Origin: Antedon mediterranea
Taxonomy: Eukaryota > Animalia > Echinodermata
Length of the DNA: 64,000 nucleotides
Direction: 5' to 3'
Assembly (NCBI RefSeq): GCF_964355755.1
Contig: NC_092670.1
Span: forward strand, 5,632,201-5,696,200
Shown: in pieces, positions 50,601-61,439 of the stretch
Numbering within the stretch: position 1 is the first letter of the stretch
Layout: the number at the start of each line of letters is the position of its first letter
Program-made: the position numbers and the translations under genes
Notes under the pieces: generated by a model
Told to the model about the DNA's origin: nothing
Seen by the model: only the letters and a program-made list of their open reading frames with translations
Database searches by the model: none

Positions 50601-53600
50601 AGGGGGTAGTTGTCCTAAGGGGGTAGTTGTCCTAAGGGGGTAGTTGTCCGGGGGGTATTTGTCCGGGGGGTAGTTGTCCTAAAGGGGTAGTTGTCCTAAG
50701 GGGGTAGTGATCCAGGTGGTGGTTGTCCGGGGGGTAGTTTTCCGGGGGGTAAATGTCCAGGGGGTGAATATCCGGATACGATTGTACGTCATTGCGGCGT
50801 CCAAACGTACCATGACTTGAGATGCGATGGGTATTCCACTCATTTGTCACCGTGTCCAGTTCATCCTTTAAAAAAAGGCAAATATAATACTGTCATAGAT
50901 AAAATTAAATGGATCTTCTCCTCCAGGTGCCAGTATAATGATATAAAACAATGACATATCATTATCCTCATAATGGATCTTCATTCTATCATCTGTTTGT
51001 TTGTGACTACAAGTTGACAACAATCTTTTGCATATTTTTAAATGCCAATACATAGTTTCATTACTTTTGTATAATATGTCTAGCTTTCCTGAAAACACCC
51101 TTGTGTAGTATGATTTTATCATGATAACTTCTGATGCTTTTATTGTCAATGCATTCAGTACCTAAAACATGTCAAAGTTTCTAGTCGTATTGATAATAAA
51201 TCTCCAGAAACATATATTGTTTTATTATCTACTGTACACTGGGAACAGACGTGTATAATATACACCGACAAAACTTATACATATTATGTATAAGTTTTGT
51301 CGGTAACATTAAAAAATATTATGCAACAGTGTTACGGAATAATGACAATGAATTGGTCTATTATAGTTGTCTCTGATACCTTTTAGTACATGATTGTACT
51401 TGCACCAGGATAGAATGAGGTTTAATCCAGTTATTATTCTTATTATATTAATTATTATTTTTTTTATCTGGGGTGTATTTATTTGATTATACATGTTACC
51501 ATTATTACACCCAAACAAAATAAACGCCTTCCCTGAACATTTAAATGCCCGGGCCTTTTATTCGGGTAACTTCTAGCATTCTTAACTGTTGAGCTCGAGT
51601 ATTTATTCGAATTAACACCCTCTTTGAATAAAAGCCTTCCTCAAATAAACGCCACCATTCCCTCCAATAGAACATCATGTGGAATAAACGCTCCTCCACA
51701 TGCATTTACAAAATAATTGTATCACAACACATTTCATTAACTACCATAATCTACAATTTACCAAGCATTTTGACATAATTTTATCATCTTTTGATATTAA
51801 TTGTGCTGTATTTTTTTACATCTAGGTGGTATTTATTTGATTATACATGTTACCATATTATACCCCAAATAATGATGCCTCCCCTCCCCCTAAAAACCCT
51901 TTTGAACAATAAATGCCCAGGGCGTTTAATCGGATACACATGGCAAGTTACTTCTAGCATTCTGAAAAGAACTGTTGAGCTTGACGTTTACATCAAAATG
52001 TTCTCGTGGACAGCAATAACTAGTAGGCCTACTTGAAATTGAAACAATTTAAAGTATCAGTTATTGCATAACATTACTGTCTAAGGATAGGATAAGTTGT
52101 GTAGAGATATGTTTTTTGTTTGAAACATTAGTAATAGTATTTTCTGTTCATCTTTTAACCACATTTTCTATTACAATGAATGTAAATATGTATATTTCGA
52201 ACAATTTGATACCAAATTTAAGTTTCTATGACCAGTACTTACAGAGATATGAAGATGCCCTGGTATGTGGGTCAAAGGTCAGAAATGGCATTTCTGATCA
52301 TTTTTTACTAAAATGCCCCATTAGACGGAATATAAATGCATGCCTTCTGAACATTTTGAGATCAAAATTGACTTGCTGCGACCAGTGGTTGCCGAGATAC
52401 AAGTACCTTTATTTATTTGTTCATATAACCCTTGACCCTGACCCTTTGACCTTTGTAAAATTTTTCAAAATGTGTGTAAGAAATAACAAAATATATATTT
52501 CGAACAATTTAAAACCAAATTCAAGTGTCTACGACCAGTAGTTACGGAGATAAATACATGCCCTGTGTTGTGGGTCAAAGGTCAGAAATGGCATTTCCGG
52601 TCATTTTTAACTAAAATGTCCCATTAGACTGAATATAAATGTATACCTTCTGATCAATTTGAGACCAAAATTACTTCGCTGTGACCAGTGGTTGTTGAGA
52701 TTTAAGGACATATTGGCGTTTGGTCTTCTTATGACCTTTCACCCTGACCTTTTGACCTTTCGCCACATTTTCAAAATGTGTAACCAAGCCAAAAATGATT
52801 GTTTGACCACCCTAAACCAATTTCTGAAGTCAAATTCTCTGGACCTCAAAGTGCATACGAAAGTTGATCTAGCTACTAGAGTATTTTTAGATGAAATGAG
52901 AAAACTGCACAGATTTTGACCAACCATTTTCATATGATAAAAGCTCTGAAAATCATACATAATTCAAAACAACCTAATCATAAACAATGAAATACAATAT
53001 TAATTAGCTGGAGAATTTAGGCCCGTGCGTAGGACATTAGTTTTTTTAATGATAAAACTAAAAATCTTCCCAAATATCATTAAATTAATATAGAGAACCA
53101 ACAAAAAATTTCTGAAAATTTTAATATTTTTTTCACCGATGTATCAAAAAACCTTCAGTCCCTAAGAAAAAAGCTTTGGTACTGACTCGGAACAATGTAA
53201 TGTATCAACAAAACAAACTCCGGTTCACAAGCATACTTAGCATTGTGACATGTGTAACAATGTTTATAGCTTGCTATATGCAGACGATAGTGCTTAATGT
53301 CAAGTAGGCCTAGATCCGATATATAAGTACTTGAATCATGTAATGATTGGTTGGTTGATAATAAATTATAAATATAGGAAAAAACTAGGCTATTTTATTT
53401 TGAACAATTCACAGATAAAAACAAGTAAATAAGTTCTCGATTTGTTGTAACGGAACTTAAAATAAATTACATAGGCTTATCACCTGATCAGTCGTTAAAT
53501 AGTGGAAATGTTGTTAGTACAATGTTAGACAAAAAACATTGTGCAAGACAAAATTTTGTTTATAGAAAAGCATCATTTCTTAATCAATACGCTAGTAAAC

Positions 53601-56600
53601 GTTATGTTCATCATGCATGGTATTATATTCTGCAAGTTCAAAGAAAAAAGTAATGCAGAATAATAGTATTATTATTATATAGTCTGTTATAATTATACTG
53701 AATGAATTAATGACCAAGATATGTTGGACAAAATTAAGTTTATTAATTAATGTTGTAGATAGTTGTACAATTTAAGTTATACACAGTCCATAGTTGCAGA
53801 GAAGATTTATTCTTTAAATACAAATGTGTAAAATGTAATAACAATGCCTTGCACTAGTCTTTGCACTCATTCAAGATGCCATACAGCTCACTATGTCGGT
53901 CGGTTGGTCGGATGGTCGGTTGGTCGGTAAACAAATTTTAGCACGCGACTGCAGCCATGTATATGGCCTTGTTTAAGATCAACTAAGAATAGCCCACTCA
54001 AACCACCCTCAAACAGCATCTCAAATTCAATGATTGAAGGTTGTAATCCTGATCCCGAGATCCCGATTCTATAAATAATGATTCATTTCCGTATCCGGAT
54101 ATTCACCCCCTGGACATTTACCCCCCGGAAAACTACCCCCCGGACAACCACCACCTGGATCACTACCCCCTTAGGACAACTACCCCTTTAGGACAACTAC
54201 CCCCGGACAAATACCCCCCGGACAACTACCCCCTTAGGACAACTACCCCCTTAGGACAACTACCCCCTGGACAACTACCCCCCGGACAATTACCCCCTAG
54301 GAACAATTACCCCCCGGACAATTACCCCCCGGACAATTACCCCCTCCTCCACGGGTAATTACCCCGCGGACAACTACCTCTGACACAATACTCCCCGTAG
54401 GACAACTACTTCCTGGACAATACTCCGAGGGCAAATAATCTTTTAGGACAACTACCTCCGTAGGACAACTAACCCCTGGACAACTACCCCCGGACAATTA
54501 CCCCTAGGAACAATTTACCCTTGACAATTACCCCCAGAGAATTACCCCCCCCCCCCCCGGGTAATTACCCCGCGGACAACTGCCTCTGACACAATACTCC
54601 CCGTAGGACAACTACCTTCTGGACCTGGAAAATACTCCGAGGGCAAATAATCTTTTAGGACAACTACCTCCGTAGGACAACTAACCCCTGGACAACTACC
54701 ACCCAGAAAACTATCCCTTTAGAACAACTACCCCCCGGACGGACAACTACCACCCAGACCATTCAACAACCTGACTCTGCAACAGCCGATAATAGGAATT
54801 AATAACTATATTTCAATTCGTTACTTTGACGAATTACTATTCATTATTGTAAACAAAAGTAAAAGATTGAACATAAATATAGCCTGGTATAAACTGAAGA
54901 TTGTCACACATGATCATAGGATAGTCGAACGTATTATATAGTACTCCCTGTATTTACTGTAAAGACTGGGTTCGCTAATAATAATAATAATTTTTGCGTC
55001 AGGACAATGCTTCGATAACCACTGGTCTTAAAAGAATTAATTTTTGTCTCAAATTTGTCATTTGTATTTTTGTACACTTGAAGAATAATATCACTTTTGA
55101 TATTTGACCTCAATGTTCACTCACCGAATAAACGGCGATCTTTAAATAAATTCCCCTCAAATAAACGGTGACCATGTCACTCCCATGACACATCATATGG
55201 AATAATCGGCGTCTATTTCCATTAGATTATACCCCCTCCCATTGAATAAACAACTTTCTTCCAATAAATGTCCACCTAAAAACCACCTAAACAATAAACA
55301 GCCCAGGCCGTTTTTTTCAATAAATACGGTACTTTAAATCTAGCACATCTAGGGCCTAGCGTGCTGTTAAACAGAATAATCGGTTAAAAACGGGTGTTTC
55401 GAAACTAGAGACCCGAGACCAGAGACCATGAGACCCGAGACCCAATACGAAAAGGGAGACCTAAATATACGAAAAGGGAGACCCACGTACGAAAAGGGAG
55501 ACCCCACTATACGAAAAGGGAGACCCCACTATACGAAAAGGGAGACCCTAATATACGAAAAGGGAGACCTAAATATACGAAAAGGGAGACCAAATATACG
55601 AAAAGGGAGACCCAAATATACGAAATGGGAGACCCAAATATACGAAAAGGGAGACCCACTATAAGAAAAGGGAGACCCCACTATACGAAAAAAGAGACCA
55701 CACTATACGAAAAGGGAGACCCTAATATACGAAAAGGGAGACCCAAATATAGGTCTCCCTTTTCGTATTGGGTCTCGTGTCAGGTCTCTGGTCTCGGGTC
55801 TCTAGTTTCGAAACACCCGTTAAAAACAGATGATTTCATTTTTACAGAAACCGGTCCTATATATTTGTCTACTTTTAGATTGGGGGGGGGGGGTAGTTGA
55901 CCGGGGGGTAGTTGACCGGGGGGTAGTTGACCGGGGGGTAGTTGTCCTAAGGGGGTAGTTGTCCTAAGGGGGTGGTTGTCCGGGGGGTAGTTGTCCGGGG
56001 GGTTGTTATCCTAAGGGGGTAGTTGTCCGGGGGGTAGTTGTCCGGGGGGTAGTTGTCCTAAGGGGGTAGTTGTCCGGGTGGTAAACATCCGGGGGGTAAC
56101 TGTCTAGGGGGTAGGTGTCCTAGAACCTCTACATGTTAGAATAATATATTACCCGAGAGCATAATTGATCAATTAGAAATTAAATGGTCCACATTTCAGC
56201 ATCCAAATAAGAGTGTATGGTTTACATACAATTTCGAACTGAAATGCAGATACTGTACTGACATTTCTAAATATTGTTCACAATATGTATTACCGGTAAC
56301 TCACCAGTGCACCGTGGTCCACCAAATCCGGACGAGCATTGACAAGTATTTGGAGACACACATGTTCCACCAACACCACAGCATCGTGAGCATATTGCTT
56401 TTAGAAAAAAAAAGATGAGTGCCGTTTTTATAACACGTACCTGGGGTGTCACGAAACCTAAGACCACGAAAGCTAAGACCCCCTAAGACCTAAGATCACG
56501 AAAGCTAAGACCCAACACCTAAGATTACAAATACTAAGATATACTACAGCTTCTTAAAAACAATACTTGTTTATCCATACATAATTTTAAACACAGTAGG

Positions 56601-59600
56601 TTTAATTTATTACCATAAATATAATTTAATACTACCGCAAAACATAGATAAACTCACATTATTTTCGCCCGTTGAGTAAATGTATATTTTTTCTTTACAA
56701 CAAACAAACTTGACGGGTTGTTTGTTGGTATATATTTACTCCATTGTGTTGGTTCAGAGGATGTTTTTCTTACGCACCTGCCTTTCTTGTATTTTGACTC
56801 CAAATTTGTTGACTAACTTTATCCTGAACACCACACTTTAAAATTAGGACTTATAAGTACTTTCAGAAGGAGAAACACATAATAACAAATAAATAAATCC
56901 TTTAAATTGATGATTTTACAGATGTGTTTCTTTGTATACTGTAATGTAACTCCTCGAGCTCCCCATGCTCAATGTTTTTGTTTCTATGGAGCGCCAAAAG
57001 AGCAACAATAATAGTACAAGTATAAAAACAGAAAGAAAACGAAACAAAAAAACTTATCATGATTTTTAAATTAAAATTTATTTGCCAGTATTTATTTCTT
57101 CGTACTTGCATGATTATACTATTATCATTACAATTTTAATTTTACATTGTTCCATCCACACTGTAGATGGACTCCACAGAGTTTTCAGCCCTCTATATAA
57201 TTTTTGCTCTTTTGACGTTCCATAGAAACAAAAACATTGAACATGGGGTAGGCCTACTGTACTGTAGGCTAGTCATTTTGTGTGCGAGAAAAACGTCTGT
57301 AAAATCATCAATTTAAAAATGTATTTGTTACTTTTTATATGATTCTTTTTCATGAAAGTGCCAATTCTAAGGTGTGGTATTCAGAATAAATGTTTGGAGT
57401 TAAAATACAAGGCAGGTGCGAAAGATAAATATTTGAAATCTTAGGTCTGGGTCTTAGCTTTCGTGATCTTAGGTCTTAGGGGGTCTTAGCTTTCGTGGTC
57501 TTAGGTTTCGTGACACCCCATGTACCTGCTCTTAACTCCAACACAAAAATCACGGTCGATTCCAATCTATTTGGATTTTGGTCTTATATATAAGGTAACA
57601 TCGGATAAACTATTGTAACTACTGAAAAATATCTTAATTCTGATTTCTGTTACACAAATTTAACATAACATTTAACACAGATGTTATATCTGAAAATCAT
57701 GAATGGAGCTGAACTTTAAAGTTATCTGACAAAGTTCTTAAGTCGACCTATTTTTCATATTTTATTTAGGCATTAGGAGTAGGCCTATAAGTATAATAAT
57801 TATGTGTTTCAAGGACAGTATAACAATCAACAGCAGAACATATATATCATGGTATTTTCAAATTAAATTATTAATAATTATTATTTTTACGAATGTCATA
57901 ATTGCACACATGACTACTCACGAATTGTACAGCCTCTTAGTCTGTCTTCAGCCCATCCATCACAGCAAAAGTAGTTTGTAAAGGTAACCAAGTATCTTTT
58001 AGTGCGGTACCGACGACTGTACCGACGACTTTAAACAAATGCACATTAATTAGTCAAAGTATGGTGAAAACAAATACCAACAAAATATAAGGTAAGTACA
58101 AATTAATTGTATGTCTAATAGTGAGTTAACTATCCATATCTTAATAGAAGAATTAAGTGATCCGTACAAACGACAACATTAAATCTGTTTATTTAATTAC
58201 ACAACAAAAACATATCAAAGGATAAGAGTAATATATTTACGTGTAATATCACATGTTACTAAATTGTATGAGAATTATCCACTAAGGCGCAGTATTGGTC
58301 TAAAGCAGTAGGCTAGGCAATCTATCTAAAAAACAGCCCAAAGTGAAACAAACTGCAAACAGAGATTTTTCTTTGTGAAATGGTCACATCTGATGAGGAG
58401 ATCAAAATTTGAGCATTACAACTCTGTCACTCATCCCAGTGATATGAAAATTAGCTTAAATATGCAAATTAGGGTGAAATTACAGGGTTACCATCTCAAA
58501 AACTACCAGTCTGGGAGAGTTAATTTTTTCAATAGTTGACTTTTACCTTGACCCCATTTCTCAATGTTTGCATACATAATGTGACTAAAATGTCTGTAGA
58601 GACTTTGTTTTCCCTCAAATGACCAAGATATAGGTTCCTAATAGCAATTAGTAATCCCCAAAATCACACCTTTGTCACACACATTGAAAGTATGCAAATT
58701 AGCAGTACAAGTTAAAAAAAATATACAAATAAGGGGGAAAATTTACAGTTGTCCTATATCTAAAAAACCACTAATGCTAGAGAGTTGATTTTTTTTCACA
58801 GCCGTATTCAGAATGTACATATTTCCATTTGCTCCAATAAAACATTTTACAAAAAATGACCGGAAGTACGACATTTGACCCTCAACCTTATGATGAAACT
58901 AAAATGTCTGTAGAGACTTTGTTCTTCCCTCAAATGACTCAGATACAGGTTTCTAATAGCCAACATAGGACTGTTTAGTAAATCTCAAAATCACACCTGT
59001 ATCACTCACCTCAAAAGTATGCAAATTATTAGTACAAGTTACATGAAGTATGCAAATTAAGAGATGCAATTACAGGTTCATATATATCGAAAACACTAAG
59101 GTTAGAGAGGTGATTTTTTTCAAAAATGTGTTCAGAATGTACGTATTAATATTTGCTCTAAATTGAAACATTTTACGACAAAATGACCGGAAATACAACA
59201 TTTGACCCCATTTATCAATGTTTGTATACATAATGCGACTAAAATGTCATTAGAGACTTTATTTTGGACTCAAATTACTGGGATACAGGTTTCCTATAGT
59301 CGGCATACAAGGAAAAGCAAAGGCAAATCATAAACAACCATCCTGCGCCTCTCTCGTATTATCACGCTATGTACCATGCCCAAAACAATAATATAAACAG
59401 TCAATGAACAGGACTAAAGTTTGGTTCCCACTTGGAAGCAACGCAAGTGAGTCAAATCAAATGCGACAGTTCAGGATGTCATCCTTCGCGTCGATAACTT
59501 AGGCTTACATTCTTTATTAGAAATAGACATTATTTACCTGTACGTTGTACACCTCCACCAATTAAATAATCCGCAACGTGTTGTACCCGAGGTCTGTCGG

Positions 59601-60932
59601 GAGATTTGGTACGACACTCGACGTGTCACCCACACCGATACGTCTCTGCTGCAAACATGTGCTCTAATAAAAGAGTATACATTTGTCATAATATGGTAAC
59701 CGCAAACACATGAAAATTAGTAGGTCAATTTACTTCATGATAGGTCGTCTGTAGGTTGCCTGACGCTTATGTGCAAGCAGGCAACCTAATAATTTTGTCA
59801 ATTGATATAACAATAAATAAAACTATTGAACTTACATGATAATACAAAATATGTAGTAAACACATTTCAATGTTATTATTTACATTGCAATGAGTAGAAC
59901 GATGTTTATGATGGAGCTTCTTCTTAATAAATGCTTCTTAAGTTTTGGCGCAAACATAATAGTTAAAATTCATGAGGTCATATATCAACAGCTGTGGCAT
60001 GTCTCCAATTGTATTGTATATCACTCGAACCACCGAAAACACTTAAACGTCATGTTTAAATCATGGTATATTTTATATTGTTTTATGAACCTTTACAGAT
60101 GAAGAACTACAAATCTTTAAAAAGCAAACCAAACTTTTTTGATGCTTTATTCGTTTGCAGAACACGTTAGACTTAGGTTTCTGAACGTTCATAACGCAAG
60201 ACGGCGGCTTTCGGTTTCCTTGCCTTGTACGTTTTTGTTTTCTAGTTTGAAATACGTTTCAAAATGTTGGAACGTATAAAATGGTCATAAAGCGTCTAAT
60301 TAACGTTTGTAAAAGACATAGTCATGGACCTTTAAAAATTAAAAAAAAACAAGGTTTTATGGAAACGTTTAGGAAACTTTGTTCCAAAAAACCTTTTAAG
60401 TTTTATAAACGTATGTAAACCGTTGTAAAATCAAGAAAAACATTAATAAAAAAAAGGTTTTAAAACGTTTATTTAACGTTTGTAAAACGTTTTTTAAAGA
60501 TTAAGATTTGGTCTTATTAAAAAACGTCAGTAAAAGCATTTTATACGTCTTAAAACATTGTTTTTTAAAAGGTTTTATCAACGTTTATAAACATTTATTA
60601 TTAGACAAAATCACAGCCTTTTAAAAACCAAATCACAATATTTTATGAAAACGTTTAGAAAACAGTAGGCCTATATAAGAACCATAGTCTTAAAACGTGT
60701 TCTTGGACCTTTAAAAACAAAACCAAAACGCCATAGAAACGTTTATAAAACTGGATCCAGGATGTCTTCCGTAGAATTATCGTGGTGGTAGATAGACCCA
60801 TGTAGGCCTACAATTGAAATAGTAATTACACATATCAAATTATTGAACTTACCGTCCTGGTGTGGGGTCAGAAACAATAACATTAATAAAACAAAGAAGA
60901 AATATGCCTACAGTAGGTAACACCTTCATCAT
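35684..60932 (-). CDS. Gene 2: multi-exon type-I membrane protein, signal peptide - EMI - 10 EGF/cbEGF - Ser/Thr stalk - SEA-like domain - TM - short tail
   Basis: Exons 5'->3': 60853-60932 signal, 59538-59663 and 57922-58028 EMI, 56305-56397 EGF, 47838-47957/47431-47550/47023-47142 cbEGF x3, 45686-45778, 45108-45224, 44688-44783, 44196-44309, 42392-42502, 41550-41672 EGF/cbEGF, 40148-40765 stalk, 39971-40017, 39692-39795, 38972-39177, 36641-36851 TM, 35950-36053, 35684-35766 (stop); all phases compatible. Confidence 0.85.
36641..36851 (-). CDS. Gene 2 transmembrane exon
   Basis: [28 protein letters not shown]...[25 protein letters not shown]. Confidence 0.85.
37063..37110 (+). ncRNA. Minimal type-I hammerhead ribozyme motif (Penelope-associated)
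   Basis: ctc-CTGAGGA-c-gatcaa/ttgatc stem II-GAAA-cg-TC-gag: conserved CUGANGA/GAAA/UH core with very short palindromic helix III. Confidence 0.6.
37136..38791 (+). mobile_element. 5'-truncated Rex1/Babar-like (CR1-superfamily) LINE with intact RT frame
   Basis: Open frame 37136-38617: [45 protein letters not shown]; 3' aataaa and (tcttgaa)n tail; flanked by ctaa/ctaa inside a Penelope-like repeat. Confidence 0.88.
37316..38617 (+). CDS. Non-LTR retrotransposon reverse transcriptase
   Basis: 433-aa ORF with RT motifs including YADD. Confidence 0.88.
   Translation: MCNIQLCPIFTHIFNIIFRNGTVPRIWKTSIINPLPKVNKPSVPKDFRPIAITSNLMKCLERLIVSRLKENIGNADKNQFAYKKNRGVDDAVNSYLHDTYHHLDSKRNYVRSIFFDFSSAFNTILPHVLIDRLLSFNVSPQLAKVIYSFLINRPQMVKCNGILSNKESTSVGAPQGCVISPILFSFYSSSFNILSKDCNIVKYADDTVISGFLCDSKHNVNEFVNEVGRFVNWCEDMNLILNITKTKEMIIDFRKTAVEHNVITIKGTEVERVTQYKYLGTIIDNKLKWESNSLMISKKASQRLYFLRKLKQIRVDNTILILFYQSIIQSILSFSIGCFYGNFTENDKKNIERPRKIAQRIIKADLTPCSFIYEKSILKKVNNIMKDPTHPLHYCYNLNRSGIRLRPPRANLCRTRKSFVVNSIHIFNSNVRR
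40148..40765 (-). CDS. Gene 2 Ser/Thr stalk exon
   Basis: ORF 40113..40730; ETERT/LDD[MI]AS motifs homologous to the gene 1 mucin; phase 1-1. Confidence 0.75.
41550..45778 (-). CDS. Gene 2 EGF/cbEGF exon series (six exons)
   Basis: [20 protein letters not shown]; [26 protein letters not shown]; [21 protein letters not shown]; [27 protein letters not shown]; [24 protein letters not shown]; [27 protein letters not shown]. Confidence 0.88.
42030..42096 (-). mobile_element. tRNA-derived SINE head fragment
   Basis: Minus strand agcccagtggtctaatggttagg...gggttcgaatctcgg, A/B-box-like, not a complete cloverleaf. Confidence 0.4.
42925..44144. mobile_element. Non-autonomous foldback DNA transposon (ggacaactacc subterminal repeats)
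   Basis: Ends cgtatccggac...gtcctagaccc; direct repeat GTCTGAAG at 42917-42924 and 44145-44152. Confidence 0.75.
45872..46651. mobile_element. MULE-like MITE (GGGTGT termini, ctagaaaactcagat repeats)
   Basis: TIRs gggtgtctagaaaactcagatc; TSD ctgacagagg on both sides. Confidence 0.78.
46882..48104 (-). repeat. Tandem triplication (~408-bp unit) of a cbEGF exon with flanking intron
   Basis: Units start at 46882, 47289 and 47697; exon [31 protein letters not shown][V/A]ENDDRQCE. Confidence 0.92.
48075..48285. repeat. GCA-rich micro/minisatellite (gcattaacagtagcagca)
   Basis: 18-bp units degrading into gca/aca triplets. Confidence 0.8.
48727..50780. mobile_element. Foldback element copy A (ggacaactacccc arrays) with nested MITE
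   Basis: Ends ggttctaggac...tccggatacg; same family as 42925-44144; near-identical inverted copy at 54090-56127. Confidence 0.8.
49052..49477. mobile_element. Nested MULE-like MITE (tacgaaaagggagacc repeats)
   Basis: TIRs gggtgtttcgaaactagagacccgagacc; 9-bp TSD gtttttaac; also nested in copy B (~55392-55818). Confidence 0.8.
52170..52800. repeat. ~300-bp tandem duplication within a repeat element
   Basis: atatatttcgaacaattt...gggtcaaaggtcagaaatggcattt...cccattagac repeated at ~52190 and ~52493. Confidence 0.6.
54090..56127. mobile_element. Foldback element copy B (inverted, near-identical to copy A)
   Basis: Reverse complement of 48727-50780 including unique interior and nested MITE; identical spurious ORFs at 50372/54297 and 49205/55428. 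Confidence 0.85.
56305..60932 (-). CDS. Gene 2 5' exons: signal peptide, EMI domain, first EGF
   Basis: [27 protein letters not shown] / [19 protein letters not shown]...[13 protein letters not shown] / ...[17 protein letters not shown] / [31 protein letters not shown]. Confidence 0.85.
56444..57518. mobile_element. MULE-like foldback MITE (GGGTGT termini, ctaagacc repeats)
   Basis: TIRs gggtgtcacgaaacctaagaccacgaaagc; flanks cacgtacctg/catgtacctg; degenerate internal inverted symmetry. Confidence 0.78.
58285..59350. mobile_element. Putative non-autonomous TIR element with ~320-bp internal tandem repeats
   Basis: aggcgcagtattggt...accatcctgcgcct ends; repeated actaaaatgtc..agagacttt and tatgcaaatt blocks; no clear TSD. 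Confidence 0.45.
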
Positions 60933-61303
60933 TGCTGTGTGTTGTTACATTTAGTTCCTGGTTTAGTTATGTTATTAGAAATGTTAGAAATTCCAATGTC
61001 AAAGGTGGTGCCGAGTGTGGCCGTTGGGAATTACATTTGTGCGATTTACGAGCCTCAGACTCCGAATAACAATGACATTCGATTATGTGAATTTCGGATT
61101 TCTGTCCGAAAGAAAAAAGAATTTAAGCTATCAAGGTAGCTTCATCAGGGGTGAATCCTTATCCTTATTTTATGTTACTTTTTTTTTCATTGTCTTGTAT
61201 TCTACAATCGTTCGATTTAGATTGATGTGCACCTATTATTCAAGTCGGACCAAATCATTACATAATAGTTTACCAACGCGATGATTTTATGTATGCCTAT
61301 GAT

Positions 61304-61421
61304 GCATTACGGCCATACTGCGTTGAAACACCGGTTCTCGTCAGATCACCGAAGTTAAGCAACGTTGGGCCCGGTTGCATTCTGGATGGGAGACCGTCTA
61401 GAAATCGTGGCGGGTGCTGTA
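61304..61421 (+). pseudogene. 5S rRNA-derived sequence (pseudogene or 5S-SINE head)
   Basis: acggccatac..cgttgaaacaccggttctcgtc.gatcaccgaagttaagcaacg...tggatgggagaccg...gggtgctgta; diverged, solitary, no oligo-T terminator. Confidence 0.75.
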
Positions 61422-61439
61422 TATACTGGAGAGTGATTG

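Noticed and set aside
52116-52960. 141-aa and 86-aa ORFs
   Set aside because: They lie in a tandemly duplicated repeat element, have no recognisable motifs, and the frame is not conserved between units
48004-55900. ORFs such as poly-Leu/Ala (48004, 48045), YEKGDP repeats (49205, 55428, 55625) and GGNCPGG repeats (50372, 50632, 54297)
   Set aside because: Translations of micro/minisatellites and transposon subterminal arrays
61304-61421. Functional 5S rRNA gene
   Set aside because: Solitary, with substitutions and indels in the 3' half, a poor terminal stem and no oligo-T terminator
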